Source of the DNA: an uncultured Muribaculaceae bacterium
GTDB lineage: Bacteria > Bacteroidota > Bacteroidia > Bacteroidales > UBA932
NCBI GenBank assembly: GCA_964469965.1
Contig: CAYYAM010000003.1
Coordinates: 43,462 to 107,461, forward strand
DNA: 64,000 nucleotides
Reading direction: 5' to 3'
Shown: one piece after another, positions 1 to 9,335 of the stretch
Layout of the letters: each line of letters opens with the position of its first letter
How positions within the stretch are numbered: the stretch's first letter is position 1
The notes under the pieces: model-generated
The model's input: only the letters and a program-made list of their open reading frames with translations
Database searches by the model: none
What the model was told of the DNA's origin: nothing
Program-made: the position numbers and the translations under genes

Positions 1-226
1 CACAGATAATACAGTAAGTATCGGTATCCAGTAGTTTCCCTTTGCCAACAATCCCTTTCCACCATTGAGAGGGGTTAGAGTCGGCGGTTAGTGCATGACA
101 AATCCAAATAACTTTTTTCCCTTTGCTACACCCTTCCGAGATATGATAGCACACTTCAAGATTGTCCAGTACCTCGCCACTTTCAAGTTTAAATGGCCGG
201 TAATGTGAATAAACACCTCTCTCCAT
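1..226 (-). CDS. metX: Homoserine O-acyltransferase (MetX family), N-terminal part; runs off the window edge; not in the ORF track
   Basis: Manual translation from the ATG at 226: MERGVYSHYRPFKLESGEVLDNLEVCYHIS...KKVIWICHALTADSNPSQWWKGIVGKGKLLDTDTYCIIC. This shows the MetX 'F.LESG' and 'ICHALT' motifs. It starts 6 nt downstream of the metY stop. Confidence 0.9.
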   Translation of the reverse strand, partial: MERGVYSHYRPFKLESGEVLDNLEVCYHISEGCSKGKKVIWICHALTADSNPSQWWKGIVGKGKLLDTDTYCIIC

Positions 227-232
227 ATCGAA

Positions 233-1528
233 TTAAATCTTATTGAATGCTCTATTAAGATCGTCTTTGATATCCTCTATATTCTCTATCCCTACAGAGA
301 GTCTAAGGGTATTCTCTCCTATACCTGCTGCTGCCAGAGCTTGTTTGCCCAGCTGAGCATGAGTTGTGGAGGCAAAATGGTTAATAAGGGTTTTGTTATC
401 TCCAACATTTACTAAATGTGAGATTAGTGAGAGAGAGTTCGTGAATGTAGATGTACTTACCCTATCGCCTTTAATATTGAACGACAGAACTCCCCCAAAA
501 CCTTTTTTAAGATACTTGAGTGCCCTTTGGTGATTGGGGTTGAATTTGAGACCGGGATAGTTTACACTTTCAACTTTTGGATGCGCACTAAGCCACTCTG
601 CAAGCTCTTGAGTATTGCCGAGAATTCTATCCATTCTAAGCGCAAGAGTCTCTAGTCCAAGTAGTACAAGATATGCGTTAAAAGGGCTCAGTGAGCACCC
701 CCAGTCTCTTAACCCCTCTGCTCTTGCTTTTACAGCAAAAGCAATGCTCCCTGTTTGGAGACTCTCTCCAAAACTCTCCCAATAACTCAATCCATGATAG
801 GACTCTGTTGGCTCTGTGAATGAAGGGTATTTACCGTTGTTCCAATTGTAATTTCCGGTATCCACTACCACTCCGGCAATTGAAGTACCGTGTCCTCCAA
901 TCCACTTAGTGGCAGCATGGGTAATTACTGCTGCATTAAAATGGGCGGGTTTAAAAATATATCCGGCAGCACCAAATGTGTTGTCAACTATAAGTGGGAT
1001 GTCATATTTTTTGGATAGTGAGGCAAACTCTTCAAATTCGGGGATATAAAAATCGGAATTCCCGATTGTCTCTATAAACAGAGCTTTGGTTCTGCTGTCT
1101 ATCAGTCTTTCCCAATCTTTGATATTACTCTTTGGTGCAAACTTAAAATCGATTCCAAGTTTTTTGAAACTTACTTTAAATTGATTGTATGTACCTCCAT
1201 ATAGAGATGAGGAGCAAACCACATTATCTCCTGCTCCTGCCAAATTTTGAATGGCCAGAAACTGTGATGCCTGCCCCGAGGAGACTGCTACTGCAGCAGT
1301 AGACTCTTCCAAAGCGGCAACTCTTTGTTCAAGGACATCTGTAGTGGGATTAGATAATCTGGTATAAATATGTCCCGGAGTTTTTAGCTCAAAGAGTGAT
1401 GCAGCATGTTCCGAGCTGTCGAAGAGAAATGATGATGTTTGATATAGTGGTGTTGCACATGCTGCATTTGATCCACCCAGAATACGACCTGCATGTACCA
1501 GCAGAGTCTCGAAATGTTTAAATTTCAT
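233..1528 (-). CDS. metY: O-acetylhomoserine aminocarboxypropyltransferase (sulfhydrylase), PLP-dependent
   Basis: YTRLSNPT, DNTF, the PLP-lysine motif HAATKWIGGHG and RLSVGIE; adjacent to metX. Confidence 0.93.
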   Translation of the reverse strand: MKFKHFETLLVHAGRILGGSNAACATPLYQTSSFLFDSSEHAASLFELKTPGHIYTRLSNPTTDVLEQRVAALEESTAAVAVSSGQASQFLAIQNLAGAGDNVVCSSSLYGGTYNQFKVSFKKLGIDFKFAPKSNIKDWERLIDSRTKALFIETIGNSDFYIPEFEEFASLSKKYDIPLIVDNTFGAAGYIFKPAHFNAAVITHAATKWIGGHGTSIAGVVVDTGNYNWNNGKYPSFTEPTESYHGLSYWESFGESLQTGSIAFAVKARAEGLRDWGCSLSPFNAYLVLLGLETLALRMDRILGNTQELAEWLSAHPKVESVNYPGLKFNPNHQRALKYLKKGFGGVLSFNIKGDRVSTSTFTNSLSLISHLVNVGDNKTLINHFASTTHAQLGKQALAAAGIGENTLRLSVGIENIEDIKDDLNRAFNKI

Positions 1529-1611
1529 TGTGATTTTTTTTGATGATGATAAAACAAGAATTGTTCAATTCATGGACATGGCCCATAGGACCAACGTATG
1601 GCCCAGAATCT

Positions 1612-1731
1612 TTAGATATGCATCGAGCGATGCATTCGCATCATCATCATTGAGGAGAAATGGCAAATAAACCAAGCACATAGACTCTTCTCTATGCTCT
1701 CTAGGGTTAGTATGTTAAGAATTTTGCCCAT
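1612..1731 (-). CDS. Putative Met-rich leader (attenuator) peptide, 39 aa: MGKILNILTLESIEKSLCAWFICHFSSMMMMRMHRSMHI
   Basis: Read directly: ATG at 1731-1729 and TAA at 1614-1612. It has 4 consecutive Met codons plus 2 more in the last 12 codons, and 2 Cys. It lies between the promoter (1750-1781) and metY. Confidence 0.75.
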   Translation of the reverse strand: MGKILNILTLESIEKSLCAWFICHFSSMMMMRMHRSMHI

Positions 1732-1749
1732 TTTCACTTATAACGGATG

Positions 1750-1781
1750 CAAAGTTATGAATTGTTATTAAAAGGAACAAA
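1750..1781 (-). promoter_or_regulatory. Bacteroidota sigma-A promoter for leader-metY-metX
   Basis: Minus-strand TTTG (1781-1778), 20-nt spacer, TAACTTTG (1757-1750); matches the TTTG-N19-21-TAnnTTTG consensus. Confidence 0.8.
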
Positions 1782-1800
1782 ATTATTATAAGAATATGTA

Positions 1801-1808
1801 TATCTTTG
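1801..1808 (+). promoter_or_regulatory. -7 promoter element for the hydrogenase cluster
   Basis: TATCTTTG, 64 nt upstream of the ATG at 1873. Confidence 0.6.
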
Positions 1809-1872
1809 CCGCCGGTTAAGTGTTTTTTCTAATGAATAACAGCTTGTTTTCCAAGCGATAAATAATTATTAT

Positions 1873-3303
1873 ATGTTTCATCAGGCTACTGAAATCAGAA
1901 GAGATTTACTCAAAAGGGTATGCGAATTGTGCTATGAAGAGAGACTGATTGAGGGTATAGATAGAATACCACTAGAGATGAGGCCAAAGGCATCTGCCAT
2001 AACACGGTGCTGTATACATAAAGATAGAGCAGTTATTAAGTACAGATTAATGACAATCCTCGGGTTTAATGTTTCAGATGAAACAGATGAGCTCACCTCT
2101 CTCTCTGAGTATGCTAAAATGGCATTCAAAAGAGAAGAGTTTACAGATGTTATGCTTTCTGTGGTAGATGAGGCCTGCAGCTCTTGTGTTAAACACAATT
2201 ACACTGTTACTAATTTGTGCCGGGCTTGTGTTGGGCGCCCTTGCACCTACTCCTGCAATAAGGGGGCAATAAGAGTTACAAACAGAGCAGAGATAGACCA
2301 ATCTCTTTGTGTAAATTGCGGAAGGTGTATGTCTGCCTGTCCCTTTAATGCAATTGTTTATACACCCGTTCCTTGTGAAGAGGCATGCCCTGTTAATGCT
2401 ATTACAAAAGATAGATTTGGAGTTGAGCACATAGACTGGAGCAAATGTGTATTCTGTGGTCAGTGCAAAGAGGCCTGTCCATATGGTGCAATCATGGAGA
2501 AGACCTATCTGGTTCAGATAATAAGAGATATACTTAATAGAGAAAAGAGGGTTATTGCAATGGTAGCGCCTGCTATAGCCGGACAATATCAGATGCCGCT
2601 TCCTAAAATACTAAATGCAATCAAAGAGTGTGGATTCGACGATGTAGTAGAGGTGGCCATGGGGGCAAATGTAACCTCTGAGAACGAAGCCGCAGAGTGG
2701 AAAGAGAGGGTTCTGGATGGTGGAGAGCCCTTCATGACAACATCTTGTTGCCCCTCATATACCAGATGGGCAGAACAAAAACTCCCATCACTAAAACCCT
2801 ATATATCACATACCAGAACACCTGCCTCTTACACTGCAGAGATTGTAAAAACCGCCAACAGAGATTGTGTTACTGTATTTATTGGTCCGTGTCTTGCAAA
2901 GAGAGTGGAGGGTTTTTATGATAAAAACACAGATTATGTTATGACCTTCGAAGAGTTAGATGCTATGATGGGGGCAAAGAGGGTTGATATCAAAGAGTGT
3001 GACAACTTACCTTTAAATTCATCTATAGAGAAGAGCGGCCGACAGTATGCACGATCGGGAGGAGTAGCAGCATCTGTGGCAAAATATTTGAATCATACCT
3101 CCCATTTAAAAGCAGAGGTTATAAACGGACTGGACAGGGAGAGTGTTAAATATCTTAAAACCGTTGCAGCAACAGGTAAATGCGAAAATAATCTGGTTGA
3201 GATAATGATGTGCCAAGGGGGCTGTGTTAGCGGGTGCAGCACAATAGTAAATTACAAAACTGCCACAAGGCAGCTGATTCAGCTGGAGAAAGAGGAGAGT
3301 TAA
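1873..3303 (+). CDS. Monomeric [FeFe]-hydrogenase (group B-like) with N-terminal ferredoxin-type Fe-S domains
   Basis: H-cluster motifs TSCCPS, FIGPCLAKRVE and EIMMCQGGCVSG; CxxCxxCxxxCP motifs (CVNCGRCMSACP, CVFCGQCKEACP). Confidence 0.88.
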   Translation: MFHQATEIRRDLLKRVCELCYEERLIEGIDRIPLEMRPKASAITRCCIHKDRAVIKYRLMTILGFNVSDETDELTSLSEYAKMAFKREEFTDVMLSVVDEACSSCVKHNYTVTNLCRACVGRPCTYSCNKGAIRVTNRAEIDQSLCVNCGRCMSACPFNAIVYTPVPCEEACPVNAITKDRFGVEHIDWSKCVFCGQCKEACPYGAIMEKTYLVQIIRDILNREKRVIAMVAPAIAGQYQMPLPKILNAIKECGFDDVVEVAMGANVTSENEAAEWKERVLDGGEPFMTTSCCPSYTRWAEQKLPSLKPYISHTRTPASYTAEIVKTANRDCVTVFIGPCLAKRVEGFYDKNTDYVMTFEELDAMMGAKRVDIKECDNLPLNSSIEKSGRQYARSGGVAASVAKYLNHTSHLKAEVINGLDRESVKYLKTVAATGKCENNLVEIMMCQGGCVSGCSTIVNYKTATRQLIQLEKEES

Positions 3304-3315
3304 ATAAATAGGCAA

Positions 3316-5037
3316 ATGAATAGAGAGCTAGTAATCTATACCGAAAAGATAAACTGTCAGGATTGTTATAAATGTATTAAAGTTTGTCCGGTTAAATCAA
3401 TTAAAGTTGAGGATTTTAGCGCCTCTGTAATCAATGAAACCTGCATTTTCTGCGGAAAGTGCATCAACGCCTGTCCCGCCGAGGCAAAAAGGTATAGAGA
3501 CGATACCGATATTGTAAGAGAGTGGGCAGAGAACGGTACCAAGATGATAGCATGTCTTGCACCCTCATTTATCTCGGATTTTGGTAACGAAAAGTTTGAA
3601 AATCTGTTAAAAGCTCTATATTGCCTTGGTTTTGCTGGAGTTTCAGAGACTGCAATAGGGGCAGATATTGTTGCAAAAGAGACACTAAGATTTCTTAACG
3701 GCACAGAGGAGAGAGTTACACTTGCCACCTGCTGTCCATCTGTAGTGAACTATATAAAAATATACTATCCCGAACACGAGCGGTTTTTAGCCCCCATAGT
3801 TTCGCCAATGATTGCTCATGTGAGATTGTTGCGAGAGAGCGGGTACAGAAACTATAAAATGGTCTTTATCGGTCCCTGTATAGCCAAGAAGAGAGAGAGC
3901 GATATATATGGCGATGAGACAGATGCAGTGCTTACATTTGATGAGTTGAGAGATTTTATGGATAGAGAGGGGGTTTTCTTTCCTGATATGGAGAGAGTAA
4001 CTCTACCCGAAAAATTTGTTATTGGACACTCAAAAAGAGCAGGTCTATTCCCTGTAGACAGTGGTATGATAAGCACAATGTGTAAAGAGGCAAAACCATC
4101 CGATTCAGGGTTTATGAGCTTTTCCGGTATGAAGAGTGTAATGGAGGTGTGTTCGGAGTTACACGAGTGGTCGCCCGAGTCTAAAGTCTTTATAGAGCTT
4201 ACAGCTTGTGATGGTGGTTGCATAAAGGGACCTGCCACCAGTACAAAAGAGGGGATTGCTTCAAAGAGAAACAGACTATTAAATGATTATGACATATTTA
4301 AAAAATCTGGACTTTCAACAAATCTTCCAACCAAAGAGGTTGACCTATCTTACAGTGGGTACAAACTTCAATACAAGATAAACTGTCTGTATAGCGACCG
4401 TGAGATTCAAGAGGTTCTCAACTCGATGGGTAAAAGAGATAAAAGTGACGAGCTAAACTGTTCGGGTTGCGGATACGATAATTGCAGAGCTTACGCCGTT
4501 GCTGTTCTTGAGGGTAAGGCCGAGAGAGAGATGTGCATATCTCAAATGAGGAAAGAGGCACAGAACAAAGCATCTGTACTGCTAAGAAAGATGCCATACG
4601 GAGTTGTGCTTGCCGATGAGAATCTCAGGGTTGTAGATACTAATGAAAAATTTATAGAGCAGGGGGGCGAGGAGATACATATGATTTCTGAAGCATTAGG
4701 GGGATTGGCCGGAGCCGATCTAAAAAAAATAGTATCCTATCATAAGTATTTTCAGTCTGTACTAACCAGTGGAGAGGATAATGCCGAATTTGATATACGT
4801 GACGATGGTAAGAGTATAAAGCTCTCTATTTTAAGCATTCAACCAAACAAGCTGGTGTGCGGGATAGTACAGAACCTAGACGACTCTCAGTTGGTAAAAG
4901 ATCTGATTGCAGAGAAGATTAAGGAGGTTATAAGGCACAATGCAGAGTCGGTACAGAGGATTGCATACATCCTTGGTGAGAGTGCATCATTTACAGAGAG
5001 TGTGCTTAAAGATGTAATTGTTAATGAGAAGAAATAG
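3316..5037 (+). CDS. hydS: Sensory [FeFe]-hydrogenase-like protein (HydS/HfsB type): 2x[4Fe-4S], H-domain, FeS domain and C-terminal PAS-like domain
   Basis: N-terminal CQDCYKCIKVCP and CIFCGKCINACP; ATCCPS, IGPCIAKK and ELTACDGGC; LNCSGCGYDNC...C FeS motif; PAS-like 'LLRKMPYGVVLADENLRVVDTN'. Confidence 0.82.
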   Translation: MNRELVIYTEKINCQDCYKCIKVCPVKSIKVEDFSASVINETCIFCGKCINACPAEAKRYRDDTDIVREWAENGTKMIACLAPSFISDFGNEKFENLLKALYCLGFAGVSETAIGADIVAKETLRFLNGTEERVTLATCCPSVVNYIKIYYPEHERFLAPIVSPMIAHVRLLRESGYRNYKMVFIGPCIAKKRESDIYGDETDAVLTFDELRDFMDREGVFFPDMERVTLPEKFVIGHSKRAGLFPVDSGMISTMCKEAKPSDSGFMSFSGMKSVMEVCSELHEWSPESKVFIELTACDGGCIKGPATSTKEGIASKRNRLLNDYDIFKKSGLSTNLPTKEVDLSYSGYKLQYKINCLYSDREIQEVLNSMGKRDKSDELNCSGCGYDNCRAYAVAVLEGKAEREMCISQMRKEAQNKASVLLRKMPYGVVLADENLRVVDTNEKFIEQGGEEIHMISEALGGLAGADLKKIVSYHKYFQSVLTSGEDNAEFDIRDDGKSIKLSILSIQPNKLVCGIVQNLDDSQLVKDLIAEKIKEVIRHNAESVQRIAYILGESASFTESVLKDVIVNEKK

Positions 5038-5040
5038 GGG

Positions 5041-6240
5041 ATGGAGTTTTATCAAACAGACGATAGGTTCTTTATAGAGATTGCACATTCACAGCAATAT
5101 AAAATGGGACAGATTGTTGGAGGTGACGCATTTCTCTCAAAAAAGATAGATGGAGAGGAGAGATTTGTGGCAGTGCTCTCCGACGGTTTGGGTAGTGGAA
5201 TAAAGGCAAACGTTCTAAGCACCCTTTGTGCCTCAATGGCTGTAAATTACAGAATGCAACACCAACCGCTTACCGAATCTATCATAAGCATAATGGATAC
5301 ATTACCTGTTGATTCAGAGAAGAGAATCAGTTATGCAACCTGTTCGGTAGTAGATATAGACTATTCGGGAGAAGCACATATTGTTGAGTATGATAATCCC
5401 GACTTTATTCTTCTAAGGGAGAACCGCCATATAGAGCCCAGGAGAAAGAGTCTAAAATTAAACACCCGGGAGGGTGAGCGAATAATGCTTGAGTCTAAAC
5501 TCATGCTATTCAAAGGCGATCGCATAATAATGATGAGCGATGGGGTTACTCAAAGCGGACTGGGTTCGAGAGCCCTTCCAATGGGATGGGAGAGACCGTA
5601 TGTAATAGATTTTGTTCAGGACTATGTTACTAAACATCCCGATGTATCTGCCAGAGACCTCTCTAAGGTGATTATGCAAAAAGCTCTTCATAACGATCTC
5701 TTTGAGGCGAGAGACGACATCACATGCGGAGTTATATATCTTAGGGCTCCACGAAGACTGCTTATCTGTACCGGGCCTCCGTTCGACCCTGCAAAAGATG
5801 GTGAAATGGCGCAGCTTTTTAACAGTTATCCCGGGAAAAAAATTGTGTGCGGAGGTACTACAGCACATATTCTTGCTAGGGAGTTAAACAGAAGAGTTCA
5901 GGGAGACGGAAGACAGCAGGTTAAAACAAATTTACCATCATCTGCAAAGATGGAGGGTGCTCAACTGGTAACAGAGGGAATTCTAACTCTGGGCCACCTT
6001 GCCGATCTTATTCAAAGTTTCAGAGAGGGAGACAAACCCGACAACTCACCTGCAGGAGAGATTTTAAAATTAATATTAGAGTCGGATGTGATAGATATCC
6101 TTATGGGTACAAGAATAAATGAAGCTCACTACGATCCCTCTCTTCCTGTGGAGATGGAGATTCGCAGGAATCTCGTAAGGAGGTTGAAGGTGTTGCTTGA
6201 GAGGGTATTTATGAACAAAGTGAAAATTAAGTATATCTGA
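5041..6240 (+). CDS. SpoIIE/PP2C-family Ser/Thr phosphatase (HfsC-like)
   Basis: GGDAF, VLSDGLGSG, MSDGV and DDIT metal-binding motifs; C-terminal TGPP...CGGTTA domain typical of hydrogenase-linked phosphatases. Confidence 0.85.
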   Translation: MEFYQTDDRFFIEIAHSQQYKMGQIVGGDAFLSKKIDGEERFVAVLSDGLGSGIKANVLSTLCASMAVNYRMQHQPLTESIISIMDTLPVDSEKRISYATCSVVDIDYSGEAHIVEYDNPDFILLRENRHIEPRRKSLKLNTREGERIMLESKLMLFKGDRIIMMSDGVTQSGLGSRALPMGWERPYVIDFVQDYVTKHPDVSARDLSKVIMQKALHNDLFEARDDITCGVIYLRAPRRLLICTGPPFDPAKDGEMAQLFNSYPGKKIVCGGTTAHILARELNRRVQGDGRQQVKTNLPSSAKMEGAQLVTEGILTLGHLADLIQSFREGDKPDNSPAGEILKLILESDVIDILMGTRINEAHYDPSLPVEMEIRRNLVRRLKVLLERVFMNKVKIKYI

Positions 6241-6273
6241 TATTTTCCTATATTTGGTTCAAAATTTGGACCT

Positions 6274-7119
6274 ATGTGGTATATTCTAGCTATTTTTCTA
6301 TTTTTGGGGACACAATCCTCTGCTCAGAGCCGGGGTGTTAGAGATCTGTTACCCGAGGGCTCATTTACAAAAGGTATGGAGGGCCCGTCATTTGATGCAA
6401 ACGGAAATCTATATGCCGTAAACTACCAAAAGCAGGGAACAATCGGAGTTATTGATAAAGATGGTAATGTATCTCTTTACGTTAGCCTTCCCTACGGTTC
6501 GGTGGGAAATGGAATTAGATTTGGAAAAGATGGCTTTATGTATGTTGCAGACTACACGGGTCATAATATCTTAAAGATAGACCCGTCGAACAGATCAATT
6601 ACTGTTTTTGCTCATGAACCTAAGATGAACCAACCAAACGATTTGGCAATCTCTATGAAAACCGGAATCATATATGCGAGCGATCCTAACTGGAGTGACT
6701 CCACCGGAAAACTATGGATTGTTAAAAAAGATGGAACGGTAGTGCTTGTAGAAGATGGAATGGGAACTACCAATGGCATTGAGGTAAATTCCGAAGGCAC
6801 ACTACTTTATGTTAATGAGTCTGTGCAGAGAAAGGTGTGGGTTTACGATATCAATCATCATGGGATTCCTGTAAATAAACGTCTCTTTTATGAGTTTGAA
6901 GATTATGGAATGGACGGAATGAGGTGTGACTCCAAAGGGAATCTTTACATAACCCGTCATGGAAAGGGGAGTGTGGTAAAAATTTCTCCTAAAGGTAGGT
7001 TGGTGCGTGAATACTATGTTAAGGGAAAGAATACTACTAACATTGCAATTGATAAAAATGAGAGGAGGGCATATATCACTGTTGCAGACAGGGGTTGTTT
7101 TGAAGTAATTAAATTATAG
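6274..7119 (+). CDS. Exported SMP-30/gluconolactonase/LRE family beta-propeller protein
   Basis: Signal peptide; EGP, PNDL, NGI and DGM motifs; has its own TATATTTG promoter at 6249-6256. Confidence 0.8.
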   Translation: MWYILAIFLFLGTQSSAQSRGVRDLLPEGSFTKGMEGPSFDANGNLYAVNYQKQGTIGVIDKDGNVSLYVSLPYGSVGNGIRFGKDGFMYVADYTGHNILKIDPSNRSITVFAHEPKMNQPNDLAISMKTGIIYASDPNWSDSTGKLWIVKKDGTVVLVEDGMGTTNGIEVNSEGTLLYVNESVQRKVWVYDINHHGIPVNKRLFYEFEDYGMDGMRCDSKGNLYITRHGKGSVVKISPKGRLVREYYVKGKNTTNIAIDKNERRAYITVADRGCFEVIKL

Positions 7120-7121
7120 AA

Positions 7122-7154
7122 AAAAGGTATCTAAATAGCTATTAGATACCTTTT
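7122..7154. terminator. Bidirectional intrinsic terminator
   Basis: AAAAGGTATCTAA / TTAGATACCTTTT inverted repeat between convergent genes. Confidence 0.8.
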
Positions 7155-7189
7155 AATAAAATAACCTAAGTTATGAGCAGGAGATATCT

Positions 7190-9316
7190 CTACTCAAATT
7201 TCTGAAGTAGAAGCTCCATGAGTTTAACCGCAGCTGCAGATACAGAAGTTCCGGGGCCAAAGATTGCTACCGCTCCGGCTTTGTAGAGTGCATCATAGTC
7301 CTGTGCAGGAATAACACCTCCCACAATAACCATAATATCTTCTCTTCCCAATTTTTGCAACTCGCTTACAATTTGGGGAACAAGCGTCTTGTGTCCCGCA
7401 GCAAGTGAAGATACCCCAACTATGTGAACATCATTCTCCACTGCCTGTTTAGCTGCCTCTTCAGGTGTTTGGAACAGAGGCCCCATATCTACGTCAAAAC
7501 CACAATCGGCATAACCTGTAGCAACTACCTTTGCTCCACGGTCGTGTCCGTCTTGACCAAGTTTTGCTATCATAATTCTTGGTTGACGTCCCTCTTTTTT
7601 TGCAAAATCGGCAACAAGTTGTTTAGCTTTTTCGAACTCGTTGTCGTTTTTAACCTCGCTTGAGTATACACCTGTATTCATTCTGATAACTGCTTTATAT
7701 CTGCCGGATACCGCCTCGCACGCATCTGAGATCTCACCAAGAGTAGCCCTTACTTTTGCCGCCTCTACAGCCAACTCCAGTAAATTACCGCTCTTCTCAC
7801 GGGCCGCTTTTGTTATGGCCTCCAATGCTGCCTTAACCTTAGCTTCGTCTCTGTTTGCACGTAGCTCTTTTAATCTCATTATCTGAGACTCTCTAACCTT
7901 GGTGTTGTCTACATCAAGTATTTCGAGAGGATCTTCCTTCTCTAGTCTATATTTGTTCAGACCAACTATTGAGTCCAAACCGGAATCTATTCTTGCCTGT
8001 TTTCTTGCAGCTGCCTCTTCGATTCTCAATTTTGGAATCCCTGTCTCGATAGCTTTTGCCATTCCACCAAGTTTTTCAACCTCCTCAATATGGCTCCAAG
8101 CTCTCTCTGCTATCTCTGCAGTTAGTTTCTCAACATAATACGATCCGGCCCAAGGGTCAAGAGATTTTGTAATATTAGTCTCTTCCTGGATGTATATTTG
8201 AGTGTTTCTGGCTATACGGGCAGAGAAGTCTGTTGGAAGTGCTATTGCCTCATCGAGTGCATTTGTATGTAGAGATTGAGTGTGCCCGAGAGCAGCTCCC
8301 ATGGCCTCAATACATGTACGGGCAACGTTATTGAACGGATCTTGTTCTGTAAGGGACCATCCCGAAGTTTGAGAGTGGGTCCTGAGAGACATAGACTTAG
8401 GATTCTTAGGATTGAACTGTTTAACGAGCTTGGCCCAGATCATTCTGGCCGCCCTCATCTTAGCAATCTCCATAAAGTGATTCATACCTATTGCCCAGAA
8501 GAACGAGAGTCTTGGGGCAAACTGATCTACATCCATTCCGGCAGCAATACCTGTTCTTAGATACTCCAATCCATCGGCCAAAGTATAAGCCATCTCAATG
8601 TCGCAGGTTGCTCCCGCCTCTTGCATATGGTATCCCGAGATTGATATAGAGTTGAATTTAGGCATATTAGCAGCAGTATAAGAGAAAATATCTCCAATTA
8701 TTCTCATAGAGAATTCGGGAGGGTAGATATAGGTGTTTCTAACCATAAACTCCTTCAAGATATCATTTTGGATAGTACCCGATAACTCATCGAGTTTTGC
8801 TCCCTGTTCAAGACCGGCTACTATATAGAAAGCTAGAACAGGTAAAACGGCTCCGTTCATAGTCATGGAAACCGACATTTTATTTAGCGGAATCTGGTTA
8901 AACAGAACCTTCATATCCTCAACGCTGCAGATACTTACTCCAGCTTTTCCCACATCACCAACAACCCTTGGGTGGTCGGCATCGTATCCACGGTGTGTTG
9001 CCAGGTCGAAAGCTACCGAAAGACCCTTTTGTCCTGCAGCCAGATTTCTTCTGTAGAAAGCATTTGACTCTTCTGCTGTTGAAAATCCGGCATACTGCCT
9101 TATTGTCCATGGATTCATCACATACATTGTGCTGTAAGGACCGCGAAGAAAAGGAGGGATACCTGCTGCATAGTTAAGATGCTCAAGACCCTCCAGGTCG
9201 GCAGCGCTGTATGTGCCTTTTACTCCAATCTGTTCTGGTGTCATCCATACAGAGTTGTTGTCCGACGAGCCTGCAGCCCTACCGGAATATTTTATATCTG
9301 TAAATTTTGGTCTCAT
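7190..9316 (-). CDS. mutB: Methylmalonyl-CoA mutase, large (catalytic, B12-binding) subunit
   Basis: [17 protein letters not shown] and the B12 motif DGHDRG. Confidence 0.95.
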   Translation of the reverse strand: MRPKFTDIKYSGRAAGSSDNNSVWMTPEQIGVKGTYSAADLEGLEHLNYAAGIPPFLRGPYSTMYVMNPWTIRQYAGFSTAEESNAFYRRNLAAGQKGLSVAFDLATHRGYDADHPRVVGDVGKAGVSICSVEDMKVLFNQIPLNKMSVSMTMNGAVLPVLAFYIVAGLEQGAKLDELSGTIQNDILKEFMVRNTYIYPPEFSMRIIGDIFSYTAANMPKFNSISISGYHMQEAGATCDIEMAYTLADGLEYLRTGIAAGMDVDQFAPRLSFFWAIGMNHFMEIAKMRAARMIWAKLVKQFNPKNPKSMSLRTHSQTSGWSLTEQDPFNNVARTCIEAMGAALGHTQSLHTNALDEAIALPTDFSARIARNTQIYIQEETNITKSLDPWAGSYYVEKLTAEIAERAWSHIEEVEKLGGMAKAIETGIPKLRIEEAAARKQARIDSGLDSIVGLNKYRLEKEDPLEILDVDNTKVRESQIMRLKELRANRDEAKVKAALEAITKAAREKSGNLLELAVEAAKVRATLGEISDACEAVSGRYKAVIRMNTGVYSSEVKNDNEFEKAKQLVADFAKKEGRQPRIMIAKLGQDGHDRGAKVVATGYADCGFDVDMGPLFQTPEEAAKQAVENDVHIVGVSSLAAGHKTLVPQIVSELQKLGREDIMVIVGGVIPAQDYDALYKAGAVAIFGPGTSVSAAAVKLMELLLQKFE

Positions 9317-9335
9317 TTCTTGTATGTTTTAATGT

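Noticed and set aside
1755-1781. Rex-like operator between metY and the hydrogenase
   Set aside because: TTGTT-N9-AACAA has the wrong spacing and a weak match to TTGTGAA-N4-TTCACAA; such matches are expected in AT-rich DNA.
6274-7119. SMP-30/gluconolactonase as a fourth member of the hydrogenase system
   Set aside because: It has its own TATATTTG promoter (6249-6256) and a signal peptide; no functional link is evident.
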